A DNA stretch of 56,963 nucleotides from a bacterium. GTDB taxonomy: Bacteria > Bacteroidota > Bacteroidia > CAILMK01 > JACPUW01. A program made the position numbers and the translations under genes. The stretch is taken from the NCBI GenBank assembly GCA_016124515.1, contig WGNN01000024.1, positions 1 to 56,963 of the forward strand, written 5' to 3'. Below, in pieces: positions 16,970 through 27,700 of this stretch; the first letter of the stretch is position 1; each line of letters starts with the position of its first letter. The notes beneath the pieces are model-generated. The model had not been told where the DNA came from. It did no database searches and saw only the letters and a list, made by a program, of their open reading frames with translations.

Positions 16970-18087
16970 GGGTTAAAGTATTTTAAAGCCAGTTGACTAC
17001 CCACCTGTTGCAGCAAAGCCTTGCTCTGCCGCATAGCCCTTTGCGCTGAGCCTGCCATTTCTGTAAGGCTGATCCATTCAAATGCCTTGAGTTCAGATTG
17101 CAGTTCAGGTGTTTTGTTTATCTGCCCCGCAACAATAACCAAAGGCTTTTTGTGTGCCGCAGCAAGCTTGGCAATGCCGTGTACCAACTTTCCATCAGGC
17201 GTTTGATCGTCCACTTTTCCCTCTCCGGTTATCACAAAATCGGCAATGGCTATTTTCTCTTCAATTTTCAAGGTTTTTGATACAAATCCAAAGCCCGAAA
17301 GCAGATTTGCATAAAAAAACCGCTGTAATCCGTAACCAAGGCCACCTGCCGCACCTGTGCCCTTTTGCAAGTGCAGATGTGACATTTGAGGTGGAGCCAG
17401 TTCCGCAAATTGGCTAAGGCCCTTTTCCAAAAATGCCTTCTCCGCCTCAGTCGCACCTTTTTGTTCGGCATATTTTGCCACAGTTCCTTTTGGACCTAAA
17501 AGCGGAATCTCTACATCATATATTCCGGTTATTTCAGGCCAACCAGCAATTTCAGGTGTTTCCACTTTGGCTATTTTCAACAAATTGCGTGGAATAGTCT
17601 CAAGTTCATTCCCTTCTGAGTCAATAAATCGGTAGCCCAAAGCGGCAGCCATACCAATGCCCGCATCCGTGGTGGCGCTTCCTCCCAGGCAAATAAGTAT
17701 TTTTTGAACGCCGCAGTGCATGGCTTCATTTACCAACTGTCCGGTGCCAAACGTATTTGCATCCAACACCGACCGATGTAGCGGAGCAATCTGTGCCAAA
17801 CCCGAGGCGGAAGCCATATCGAAAACAGCCATTTTTTGGCTTTTATTGTAAAACCAATCGGCCCTTACGTTGGTGCCAAGGGCATTTTGTACCCAATTTG
17901 TTTGCTGCACAAATCCACCCAAAGCCGTAGCAATGGCAACAGCAGTTCCTTCGCCGCCATCGCCAATTGGCAGTTCTTCTACATCAATGTTTTGCCCCGA
18001 TTCTTTGATGCCCATAGCAATAGCATGCGCTACCTCGGCAGCCGTTGCGGAGCCTTTAAAAGAATCAGGTGCAATTAGAATTTTCAT
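16966..18087 (-). CDS. Glycerate kinase
   Basis: Family-typical N-terminus MKILIAPDSFKGS, with ICLGGSATTDAGIGMAAALG and ITGEGKVDDQT. ATGA overlaps at both ends. Confidence 0.9.
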   Translation of the reverse strand: MKILIAPDSFKGSATAAEVAHAIAMGIKESGQNIDVEELPIGDGGEGTAVAIATALGGFVQQTNWVQNALGTNVRADWFYNKSQKMAVFDMASASGLAQIAPLHRSVLDANTFGTGQLVNEAMHCGVQKILICLGGSATTDAGIGMAAALGYRFIDSEGNELETIPRNLLKIAKVETPEIAGWPEITGIYDVEIPLLGPKGTVAKYAEQKGATEAEKAFLEKGLSQFAELAPPQMSHLHLQKGTGAAGGLGYGLQRFFYANLLSGFGFVSKTLKIEEKIAIADFVITGEGKVDDQTPDGKLVHGIAKLAAAHKKPLVIVAGQINKTPELQSELKAFEWISLTEMAGSAQRAMRQSKALLQQVGSQLALKYFNP

Positions 18088-19043
18088 TGATTTACCACAT
18101 TCTGCGGTTCGCCCATGAGAAAAGCACGAGTATTCTCCACCAAAATATGCATGAGTCTTTGGCGGGCTTCCTTACTTGCCCAAGCCATGTGTGGTGTTAT
18201 AATGCAATTTTTAGCGGATAGCAAAGGATTGTCCATTGCCGGTGGTTCGCTGCTAAGCACATCAAGACCGGCGGCAGCAATGGTTCCTTCATTCAAAGCA
18301 TTGGCAAGGGCTTGTTCGTCAACCAAACCACCGCGCGCCGTGTTTATCAAAACCGCGCTTGACTTCATGCTTTTCAAAAAACCTTCATTCACCATCCCCT
18401 TGGTTTCAGTTGTTTGCGGGCAATGAAAACTCAGTACATCGGCTTCTGCCAAGAGCTCTTCAATGCCTGCATAGCTGATTCCTTCAGGTGCTTCTTTATC
18501 CATATTTCTGCGGTTGGCCAGCACTTTCATACCAAAAGTCAAGGCTACCTCGGCCACTTTTTTGCCAATGGTACCAAAGCCAATAATGCCCAGGGTTTTG
18601 CCGGCAAGGTCGTGCCAGGGATGCAGCGTGTAGCTAAAATCAGCCCCTTTGGCCCAGCGCATTTCATCTTTTACCGAATGGCTGTGTGCGGCTGTGTTGT
18701 TAAAAATTTGTAGCATCAGGGCAAAGGTGTGTTGCACCACGGATGGCGTACTGTAGCCCGCGGCATTGCTTACCACTATACCGCGCTCCTTTGCCGCATC
18801 AACATCTACTATATTATAGCCGGTCGCCATTACATTTATAAATTCCAATTTGGGCAATTGCGCAATGGTTTCGGCAGATAATGGGACTTTATTGGTCATT
18901 ATTATTTCAGCTTCGCGGCAACGTTCCACAATGAGCTCGGCAGCTGTGCGGTCGTAGATGGTACAGTCTGACAGCCGCTCCAAATCGTGCCAACTTAAAT
19001 CGCCGGGATTAAGGGTAAAGCCATCGAGAATGGTAGTTTTCAT
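18084..19043 (-). CDS. D-isomer-specific 2-hydroxyacid dehydrogenase (glycerate/hydroxypyruvate reductase-like)
   Basis: NAD-binding motif GIIGFGTIGKKVA, catalytic-region motifs NTARGGLVDEQAL and TPHMAWAS. Translationally coupled to the glycerate kinase gene. Confidence 0.9.
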   Translation of the reverse strand: MKTTILDGFTLNPGDLSWHDLERLSDCTIYDRTAAELIVERCREAEIIMTNKVPLSAETIAQLPKLEFINVMATGYNIVDVDAAKERGIVVSNAAGYSTPSVVQHTFALMLQIFNNTAAHSHSVKDEMRWAKGADFSYTLHPWHDLAGKTLGIIGFGTIGKKVAEVALTFGMKVLANRRNMDKEAPEGISYAGIEELLAEADVLSFHCPQTTETKGMVNEGFLKSMKSSAVLINTARGGLVDEQALANALNEGTIAAAGLDVLSSEPPAMDNPLLSAKNCIITPHMAWASKEARQRLMHILVENTRAFLMGEPQNVVNQ

Positions 19044-19060
19044 ATATAATTAGTTTTCAT

Positions 19061-19285
19061 TCAAAAAAATTTGCGCAACAACCTGATGGCCACATTGAGC
19101 AAAATGGAAAGCAGCACCATGGTAGTAAGCGGAAAGTAAAACCTGAAGTTGGGCCGCTCCACGTGTATATCGCCGGGCAGGTTGCCAAGCCAATGCAGCT
19201 TATGGCCAAAAAAATACCAAATAGCGCCAGCTGCGAGCATGAATGAACCCACTGCCATCAACCACTTGGCTATTGTTTGTTGCAT
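19061..19285 (-). CDS. DUF2905-family small membrane protein
   Basis: 74 aa with the characteristic GNLPGDIHVERPNFRFYFPLTTMVLLSILLN. Confidence 0.8.
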   Translation of the reverse strand: MQQTIAKWLMAVGSFMLAAGAIWYFFGHKLHWLGNLPGDIHVERPNFRFYFPLTTMVLLSILLNVAIRLLRKFF

Positions 19286-19449
19286 GGCACCAAAGGTAGT
19301 GGCAAAGTTTGAAGAAGAAAGCCCAACACGCGGTGCTGCGGGTACCGCAATCAGTCGGTAAACCCACCATTCAATTTTTCGCTAACTGACCGCGGTCATA
19401 CCTGATTTCTACGCATAGCGCGAACTTTGACTTCATTAAAACCACTACC

Positions 19450-19875
19450 ATGCGCTTCCTAATTTTTGCTCTTTTGATGCTTGTAGCCGCAAATGGCTTT
19501 GCGCAAGAAACCGGAAAACGCCGAGCTGCGCTGCCACTGCTTGTTGAGTTGTATTTTCCGGAAGGAAGTACCACGCTGACCGAGGACCACCGAAGTGACC
19601 TGCAAGTAATAGCCAAACACTTGATAGCGCATCCTGAATTGGGCATAGTGATAATAGGCCATACCGACGACATTGGCGAGCGTAGTACCAACCAAAAAGT
19701 GGCTGTGAAAAGGGCAAAAGCGGTGCGCGATTACCTCATTTACAAAGGAGTGGGCAAAGAGAGAATAATTTTTGGCGGACAGGGCGAAGATTTCCCTCTG
19801 CTGCGAGACACCACCGATTACGGGCGCTCAATGAACAGAAGAGTTACCCTGCGGTATTATTACCTGGAAGAATAG
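19450..19875 (+). CDS. OmpA-family (peptidoglycan-binding) protein
   Basis: Signal peptide plus an OmpA_C-like core (IIGHTDDIGERSTNQKVAVKRAKAVRDYLIYKGV...GEDFPL...NRRVTLRY). Confidence 0.85.
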   Translation: MRFLIFALLMLVAANGFAQETGKRRAALPLLVELYFPEGSTTLTEDHRSDLQVIAKHLIAHPELGIVIIGHTDDIGERSTNQKVAVKRAKAVRDYLIYKGVGKERIIFGGQGEDFPLLRDTTDYGRSMNRRVTLRYYYLEE

Positions 19876-19907
19876 CGGTGCAAGTCCAAGAAGCGAAGCC
19901 TTTTTAC

Positions 19908-19940
19908 CAGCGGTTTTGTGCTCGATTTGAAAAACCGCTG
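19908..19940 (+). terminator. Stem-loop downstream of the OmpA-family gene (possible terminator)
   Basis: Perfect 10-bp stem CAGCGGTTTT (19908-19917) / AAAACCGCTG (19931-19940) with a 13-nt loop. No T-run follows, so terminator function is uncertain. Confidence 0.35.
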
Positions 19941-20201
19941 ACACTACGCTTCCTAAACCTTTGACCCAGCATTTTTCTTTGACCACCATCGATTATCTCA
20001 TTTAATAATGACCTTATTCTATAAATTCCCTTTGACAATAAGCGTATTTGGCTTGTTATAGGCTCCAGGCAAAAAACAATTCAGCCATCAATAGCCTTTG
20101 CCAACCTATTGGTTGTGGTGGTGTAGGCGGTTGCATACATCTTTGCAGTGATAAATTATTTGTAGAAAAAGCGCATCGCAACTACAAGAACCTTTTTGCC
20201 C

Positions 20202-20864
20202 ATGTACCAACAGCAATTTAAAACCACCAAAACGGTAAATGTATTTACAAATACGAATTCATATAATGAGGTAGCCTACGTTTGGGTGGCCTTGCACGGC
20301 TACGGACAGCTGGCCCGCTATTTCTCACGAAACTTTGAAATACTCAATCCCGAAAAACACCTGGTTATCATACCTGAAGCACAATCGCGCTTTTACCTGA
20401 ATGGTGTGGGTTTGCACGACAAGAGAGTGGGTGCCACCTGGATGACCCGCGAAGAACGGGAAACCGATATTGCCGATTACGTGCAGTACCTGAATGATTT
20501 GAAATCAAGGTTTGCAGACCAACTTCCTACTGATGTAAAATGGGTGGTTTTGGGATTTAGTCAGGGTGCAGCTACGGCTTGCCGCTGGGTAGAATTGGGA
20601 AATATAGCTCCCGCCGCCTTGGTTTTGTGGTCAAGTATTTTTCCTCCTGATTTGCCCGTTGATGGCAGGCTAAAAGACAAATGCCCGGAAATATATTTAC
20701 TGATGGGCGATGAAGACGAATATATGAATGACGCTAGATGGGCCGAAAACCAACAGATTGCAGAGAAGCTCGGCATAAGCCCACACCTGATTGAGTTCAA
20801 AGGGAAACACCGTATTTACCCCGAAGTACTGGGGCAGCTTGCCAAAAAAATAGAAGCCCTATAA
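20202..20864 (+). CDS. Alpha/beta-hydrolase fold esterase (phospholipase/carboxylesterase-like)
   Basis: VALHGYGQ, nucleophile elbow GFSQGA and a C-terminal GDEDEY...H pattern. ATG at 20202; the track start at 20196 is TTG. Confidence 0.75.
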   Translation: MYQQQFKTTKTVNVFTNTNSYNEVAYVWVALHGYGQLARYFSRNFEILNPEKHLVIIPEAQSRFYLNGVGLHDKRVGATWMTREERETDIADYVQYLNDLKSRFADQLPTDVKWVVLGFSQGAATACRWVELGNIAPAALVLWSSIFPPDLPVDGRLKDKCPEIYLLMGDEDEYMNDARWAENQQIAEKLGISPHLIEFKGKHRIYPEVLGQLAKKIEAL

Positions 20865-20869
20865 AAAAC

Positions 20870-20897
20870 GAAACCGCCTGTAAGCACAGGCGGTTTC
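20870..20897 (-). terminator. Terminator hairpin between convergent genes
   Basis: Perfect 12-bp stem GAAACCGCCTGT / ACAGGCGGTTTC with loop AAGC. On the minus strand it is followed by GTTTTTTAT. It may also stop the plus-strand esterase transcript. Confidence 0.8.
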
Positions 20898-20920
20898 AGT
20901 CCCGGTTATATTCAATAATA

Positions 20921-21511
20921 TTACTCTTGCAAAACCCAAACGTAGCGCTGTTGCACCTTGTTTCCGCCAGCGGCCCACTCTCTTTTGTATTCGAGATATT
21001 TGGGTCCTATTTTCAAATCGTACCACAAGGTTTCACCGGGATCGGTTGGGTTCACATATACTTTGTCAAGTTCACCTGTATGCAGCTCAAAGTTGATGCC
21101 TGATTTTCCGTGGGGGTCATACATTTTGCCATGCCCCACCGGATAGCCAAATTTCACTGAATTCTCTTTCTCATACTTCAGCCACATTTTATACTTGGTA
21201 AACTGAATATTGGGATCGTCGGTCATATCTTCTTCCTTGCTTGAATAGGCAAGTTTTGAAGCATCCCATTTAGCTTCATAATAGTGTTGTCCTATCCATA
21301 CCACGCTATCTTTTCCATCGCCCGCCATCATGGCTACTACTTCATCCACCGTTTTTACATCAATACCTGTGTTGTTGTTGCCGGTATTGTTATTATTATT
21401 ATTACCAGTGTTGTTATTGCCGGTGTTGTTGTTGGGGTCATCGCCACCGCCGCAAGAAGCCAGAAAACCCAAGCTTGCAACCAGCGCAATTAAAAGGAGA
21501 TTTTGTTTCAT
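20921..21511 (-). CDS. Hypothetical lipoprotein with an Asn-rich linker
   Basis: Lipoprotein signal MKQNLLLIALVASLGFLASCGG at the internal ATG 21511 (the track ORF over-extends to 21643). An NNNTGNNNTGNNNNNNTGNNNTG linker is followed by a ~145-aa domain I do not recognise. Confidence 0.65.
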   Translation of the reverse strand: MKQNLLLIALVASLGFLASCGGGDDPNNNTGNNNTGNNNNNNTGNNNTGIDVKTVDEVVAMMAGDGKDSVVWIGQHYYEAKWDASKLAYSSKEEDMTDDPNIQFTKYKMWLKYEKENSVKFGYPVGHGKMYDPHGKSGINFELHTGELDKVYVNPTDPGETLWYDLKIGPKYLEYKREWAAGGNKVQQRYVWVLQE

Positions 21512-21706
21512 AATTAATGCAGTTTCTGCGAAAATAGTGATTAAACTCAAATGTTCATCACAGTAGAATGCAGAGCCACGAGCAACTCGTTGAAAATGTG
21601 CTTTCCACCTAACTAAAAACCCGGCATTTGCAACGCCAAGCAACTGATATTAAACCAATTGTGCTTGGCGCCGATTGCATTCCGAGAACATTACGAAAAA
21701 AGCCAA

Positions 21707-24700
21707 CTACCTGATAATGAATACAGGTCCGGTTTCGTTGATCTCATTTCCGTCTTTCTCCTTGATTTTGACCAAGTAGGTATATTGGCCCAGAGGCAAT
21801 ACTTCACCATCTTTCTTTCCGTCCCATGCCATGGTAGGATCGTCAGATTCAAAGAGTATTTCGCCCCAGCGATCAAATATCAATAGGCTGTAGCTATCCA
21901 GGTTACCCAAGTCTTCTCTTCTCAGGGCATCGCCGTAGAGTATAAAAAAGTCGTTGACGCCATCGTCGTTTGGCGAGAACGCATTGGGTATGTAGATGTT
22001 GCTGGTAAAGTAGTCGCAGTAAATATTACTGAACGATGAGTCTTGTCGGCCAGTGGCTTGTATGGCCACCACGCGGTAGCACCACGGCGTATCCATTTGG
22101 CTATGCAAGTCGTTGTCGGTGTAGCTCAGACCCTCGTTGTCAAAAGTTGCCAGATTTTCAAATTTGCCGTTTCCAAATTTCACTTGCAAAGCAAACTTGT
22201 AACCGGCAGGCCAGCCTTCGTATTCGTTCCAGCTAAGGGCCACATTGCCGCTTTTGTCGTTGCCATGAAGCAGTATTGATGTTCCCCAGTTTGAAATAGG
22301 ACTGATGTTGCCACAGAAGTCTTCAACATACACGCGGTAGTGGAAGTAGTTTTTCCGCACATCTGCCGCTGTATCAATGTAGTGGTTTACAAAGGCTGAG
22401 TCATAGCCTATTTGCCACAGCTTATCAGCTCCTGCTCTGTCAATCACGTATTTGCGCTGTCCGGCGTGGGTATTGCGTTCCCAATCCAACCGCACCACCG
22501 AATCGCCTTGCACAGTGGCTCTGTACATTTTGAGTGGGGTATTCTTTTTGGTGAAGAAGGCTTTTAGTTTTACCTCGTTTGACAATGAGGTGCCATTGTA
22601 AGTGGTAACACCTTCTACCCTATACACATAGCCGCTGTCGCAAGCGGTACTGTCAAGATACACTTTGGCACTTCCGGCTATACTGTCTATCAGTTTCCAG
22701 GCTTTTCCATCAGGATATCTGCGGTATATTCTAAATGTTTTGAAATTGTTGGGCTCAAGGAATTTCCAGCGCAGTCGCAACACATTTTCTATTTGGTTGT
22801 CGCCCGACACTACGATGCGCGAAATGGGTGATGACAGCAGTGATTTGTTATTGCACGAGTCTGTTACTTGCAAATAGTATTTGACCAACTCGCGCTCGCC
22901 GGCACCGGCATCGGTAAAGCTGGTTCCACTCATTTTGCTTTTTGTAGAATCGTTGGCACCTACTTTTACCAATTCATAATAAAGGAAATCAGCCAGCGGT
23001 GAAGATTTCCAGTCAACTGAATTGCCGGTAGAAACTGTATTGGTGAGTCGGGTAAAATTCACCACATCAGGCGTATCAAGATTTACAATTTGTATGCTGA
23101 ATGAATCTGTTGCTTTGCAAAAATGACTGTCAACTACGGTGAGTTTTACCAAAAACTGCCCCATTTTGTGGTAGGCAATCATTGGGTTGGGCACCACCAG
23201 GGTATCGCCGCTTGTAGGTATGCCAAAGCTCCAGGTTCTTGTGGCAATGTTGGTATCAAGTACACTGCGGTCTATAAAAGATATTTCGCTATTGGGGCAC
23301 GAAACGCGTCTTGATGCCGTGAACTTGGCCACGGGGCTAAGGTGTACGTTCACATAATTTTTCTTGTACAAGGTGTTGGTACAGCCTTCAACAGAAGTCA
23401 CCATTAAGCCTATGGTTTGGCGTCCGCTGTCGAGTACGGTTGAAGCCGTTTTGGTGCTGTCGTCAAAAATGCCATCATCGTTAAAATCCCAATCAAAGGC
23501 AACCGCTCTTGCCGTGGTGTCGCTAAAAGTAATGGTCATAGGTGAGCAACCCTCAAGCGTATCGGCTTTAAATCCTGCCGTTGGACTTCTAAAAGTATAT
23601 ACAGTATCAATCATTACCGCCTCGCAAGCAGCTAGTTCAGGATTATACACTTTGTAATTGATGAAGAACAGGGCACTATCGCTTTTGCTTGTTGCCGGAA
23701 AGGCGTAGCGGGCCATATTCACCACATTGGTATCGGTCAATCCGTTTCCGTAAACTATTATGAAAGAATCAGCGGGGTTGTTGGTTGTAAAGTTAACCGA
23801 GGTGGTATCGCATCCGCGCAACGTATCAAATGAAATTTGAGGCTGCGGCATGCCAAATACCCTGAAAAAGCTATCGACTACTTTGGTAGATGTGCAACCA
23901 CCTACGTAGCGGGTAAAGAGCCTTACCGACCATTGACCAACCGTATCGGAACTGAAAGCCAAAGTATCTGTATTGATGCTATCAACCAATCCGTTGTTGT
24001 AGATGTCCCACTCGGTGTAGCTTACCGGTGTAGAAGTATTGTATAGGGTAAACTGCATGGGTTGGCAGCCATAGGTTGTATCGATACTGAAATTGGCTAC
24101 GGGAGATTTGTAAACCACTACAGTATCGTTAAATTCTGCTTTACAAACCACGCGTGTTCCTGTGAGTTTTGGACTGAAAATAATGGAATCGCCGGGTGCC
24201 GTGGCCGGGAAATAAAACGTGTGCTGCGGAATGGTATCTGTTGCTTCAAGCGAGCCATCGCCAAAATTGAAGCTGTAGCTTGTGAACGCAGGCGCGGTGG
24301 TATTGGTAAAATTCACCGTAATAGAATCGCAACCTGCCGTGGTATCCATAGTGAATGAAGGAACCGGCAAGTCAACTACTTGCACAATGCTGTCAACCTT
24401 TTTGGTAGAAATACAACCGCCACGGTAGTTTGCAGTAAGGCTTACGCCAAAAAATCCTACGGTGTCAAGAAGCAGTTGCAGGGTGTCTTTGTTAGATAAA
24501 TCGATATTTCCATCGCTGTAAAAATCCCAGTCAAAGCCAAAGTTGGCCGTAGTTTTATTTACCAAAGTGATGGTAAAAGGCTGACAACCCACCGATGAAT
24601 CAATGGAGAAATCGACTTTGGGCGAGCGGTAAACCACCACAGTATCCATATATGAATTGTCGCAACCGAATGATGCCGCGGTCAATACAGGATAATAAAT

Positions 24701-27700
24701 AATGGAGTCGTCGGGATGCGAATCGGGTATTTTGTACAAATGTGTGCCAATGGTATTGGTATCGTTCGGACTTCCATCGCCGTAGTCAATCACAAATTTT
24801 GAGGTGATGGGAAAGGTCTTGTTGGTAAAGGTCAAGTTGGCCGAGTCGCAAATACTGTGGCTCGAAAGCTCAAAACGTGCCCGCGGCGCTACGCTCACTT
24901 TTATACCACTGTCAATCTTGTAAGTGCTAATACAAGTACCCACTTGGGTTGACAGGCTCACACCAAATTTACCCACCGTATCTAGCTCAAACACCACGGT
25001 ATCTTGATTGATGGAGTCCATGGTATTGTCGTTCCACAAATCCCAATAGAATTTTTGCGCAGCTTGCGATTGGTTTATCAAGGTTACTTTCAGTGGACGA
25101 CAACCTTCAAGCGTGTCGGCAGTAAAACTGGCTTTGGCCGTTCTGTATATAATTACCGTATCAGAGAAATAGGCATCGCAACCGTCGGATGAGGCTACAA
25201 TAGTGGGGAAATACATAACGGAATCAACACCCGGTCCGCTGTTGAAAGTATAGGTATGTGGCCGCATTTTGTTTGAATCGGGCACTGAACCATCGCCATA
25301 GTCAAACACATAATCGGCATTGATGGGGCTGGTAAGGTTTGAGTAGGTAACCAAGGCGGTATCGCAACCACGAAGCGTATCAGCCGAAAACAATGGTGTA
25401 GGACCTATAATACGCACTTTGGTGGTTAGTGAAAAGGTATCTGCGCATTCTTCAACACCTGCATTGTAGGCCACCAATTTGGCTGTAAAGCCGGAAATAC
25501 TGTTGGTGGTGTAAAGGTAAATGTGGTCGGTGCTGGTAACATGCGAAGTGCCGCCATCGCCATATATCCACTTAAATGCATTGGCATTCTTCGATTCGTT
25601 GGTGAATATAATTTGCTGCGGAGCGCAATTGGTTATGGGTTTGTCAATTTTAAACTTCGCTTCAGGAGCTTTAATCTCAATTTCGCGTACAATAGAATCT
25701 TTGCAATAGGCGGGCGCACCACTGCTTACTACCAGTTTTATCTGGTATTTTCCTGCATTTTTAAATGTTATTAAAGGAGCGCTAATGGTAGGATCGGAAA
25801 ACTCAAGTCCCGGTTTGTCAACCGACCAACTGTATATACGCGGATTAATGGCGGAGCTGTCAACAAGCGGGAAAGGCTCATTAAGACAAAGTTGATTCAG
25901 CGTATCTATATCCCAACCAAAGTTGGCTTTGTTGCCTATACAAATGCTTTTGCTGGTGAGCCGTTTCTTACAACCGTAAATATCATTAATATCAAGACTC
26001 AAACTGTAACAGGCATTTCTGTAAAAAGTCACTGAGGTTTTGTCTTTGGTACTATCGGCGTAGGCAGCCAAAATGTTGGTCTTTTTCTTCTTAGGAAATA
26101 CATCCCAAGCATAGAAATACTGAGGGGATGAAGTGGGCGGGTACTGAAACTTGATGGTACTTGACACATCGGTAGAAAAGCCGGCGCATCCATCGGTGCT
26201 GTCCACATTCATTTCGGCAATAATCCCCTGTACTTCCACATATTTTTCAAGCAATAGGGTATCGCTACATGCGCTGTTGCTCTTTACAATTAGCCTTACG
26301 GTATATAAACCCGGCATAGTAAGCCTGCGCGAAAATTTCTGTGCAGCGGCGTCAAACTTAATTTTTGAGCTGTCAACATGCTGCACCAACCAAGAGTAGG
26401 TGTATGGGTTTTGCGAGGTGGGCGGTGGCACCGATTTAGATTCCATCACCAATTGGTCATCAGCACAAAGCACCGAATCGGCAAATTTGATACGGGCTTG
26501 GGGCGGTGTAAGGCGCAGGTAGTTTTTCAACACCAAACTGTCTTTACAGCCATTTTTGGTGTTTTCTACCCGTAGAAAAATACTGTAAACACCATTTGAG
26601 TCAAATTTCATTTTGAAACTTGACAAGTTCTTTTTGGGGCCGTATGGGCTTGGTTTTATAATGTTGCTGTCTTTGTCATAAATAGACCAATAGTACAGGT
26701 TGGTGCCTGTGGTAGGCACTACTGAGTTGCTTTGAATCAAAACTGAATCGAGGCGACAATCGGTTTTGTCGTTTGAGAAAGCCCTTGCCTGTGGCCCTTC
26801 TACCACCACCAAACCGGGAGTTTTTACCGTGGTTTGGCAAGCTATTTTGTCAGAATTGTATTTGTATGAATAGTCAATTGATTTTGAGCCTGTAGAAAAA
26901 TAAGATACCTTAAAAGTCTTCTTCACATCGCCGCCAATAAAGTTGGCTCCGGGAAAACTCATATTGAAATCACTCCTTCCGCCGTCAGCGGCCAAATTGG
27001 TTACTTGAATCACTTGTTTGATACAAGCGGTGTCATCGTCAACCGACAGGAATGGTTTTATGTAATCATCCTTCTCAAAAGTATAAACGCAGCCCCCCGG
27101 AAACTTCATGTTCATGGTAACCTTATTGGTGCCAATGGGAGCCTTGTAGGTAATGCCCTTTGGATTGGATGAGGTGCTTGACGAAGGCGTTGCTCCGGGA
27201 AATGACCAATCATAGCCAATGGGTTTCAGGCTGCTGTTGAGCACATTGCCTGTAAAATTCCCTACTGTTTCAGTGCCCGTTTGCGATATGTTTCCGCATA
27301 TTTCTACGCGAATGGTGCTGTAAACACCAATAGCTGCATTGTTCTTATACACACTTTGGCAACCGTATGAGTTTTTGACCAACAGGTTGACGCTGTGGTC
27401 GCCCAAGCCCACGCTTTTCGTTATAGTGGTTCCGGTGGTTGATTGTGTGGTTCCATCAAATATCCAGGTGCGCGAGGCAACACCGGCTGTACTATCAATG
27501 AGGGTTACCGAACCCGCCCCGTTGCAAAGCAAGGAGTCGCTGCGCCAAAGCTTGATTTTTGGTTTAGGAAGTACTTCAATGTAATCTTTTTTTACAACCG
27601 TTGTACAGGGCGTGGTTTGCCCTTTGAGCGTTATTCGTAGCGAAATATCAATTTTTCCAGCCTTGGTAAAATACTTAAAGGCCGTATCGGTTCCTATAAA

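Noticed and set aside
19959-20036. Three copies of CTTTGAC (19959, 19977, 20030) in the 320-bp gap upstream of the esterase gene, as a possible regulator binding array
   Set aside because: A 7-mer occurring three times at irregular spacing (18 and 53 bp) in AT-rich DNA is too weak to distinguish from chance. It has no palindromic partner.
21284-21566. ORFs encoding poly-Leu/Val/Ile peptides (LLLPVLLLLLLPVLLL)
   Set aside because: They are the reverse-complement reading of the Asn-rich linker codons of the lipoprotein gene 20921-21511.
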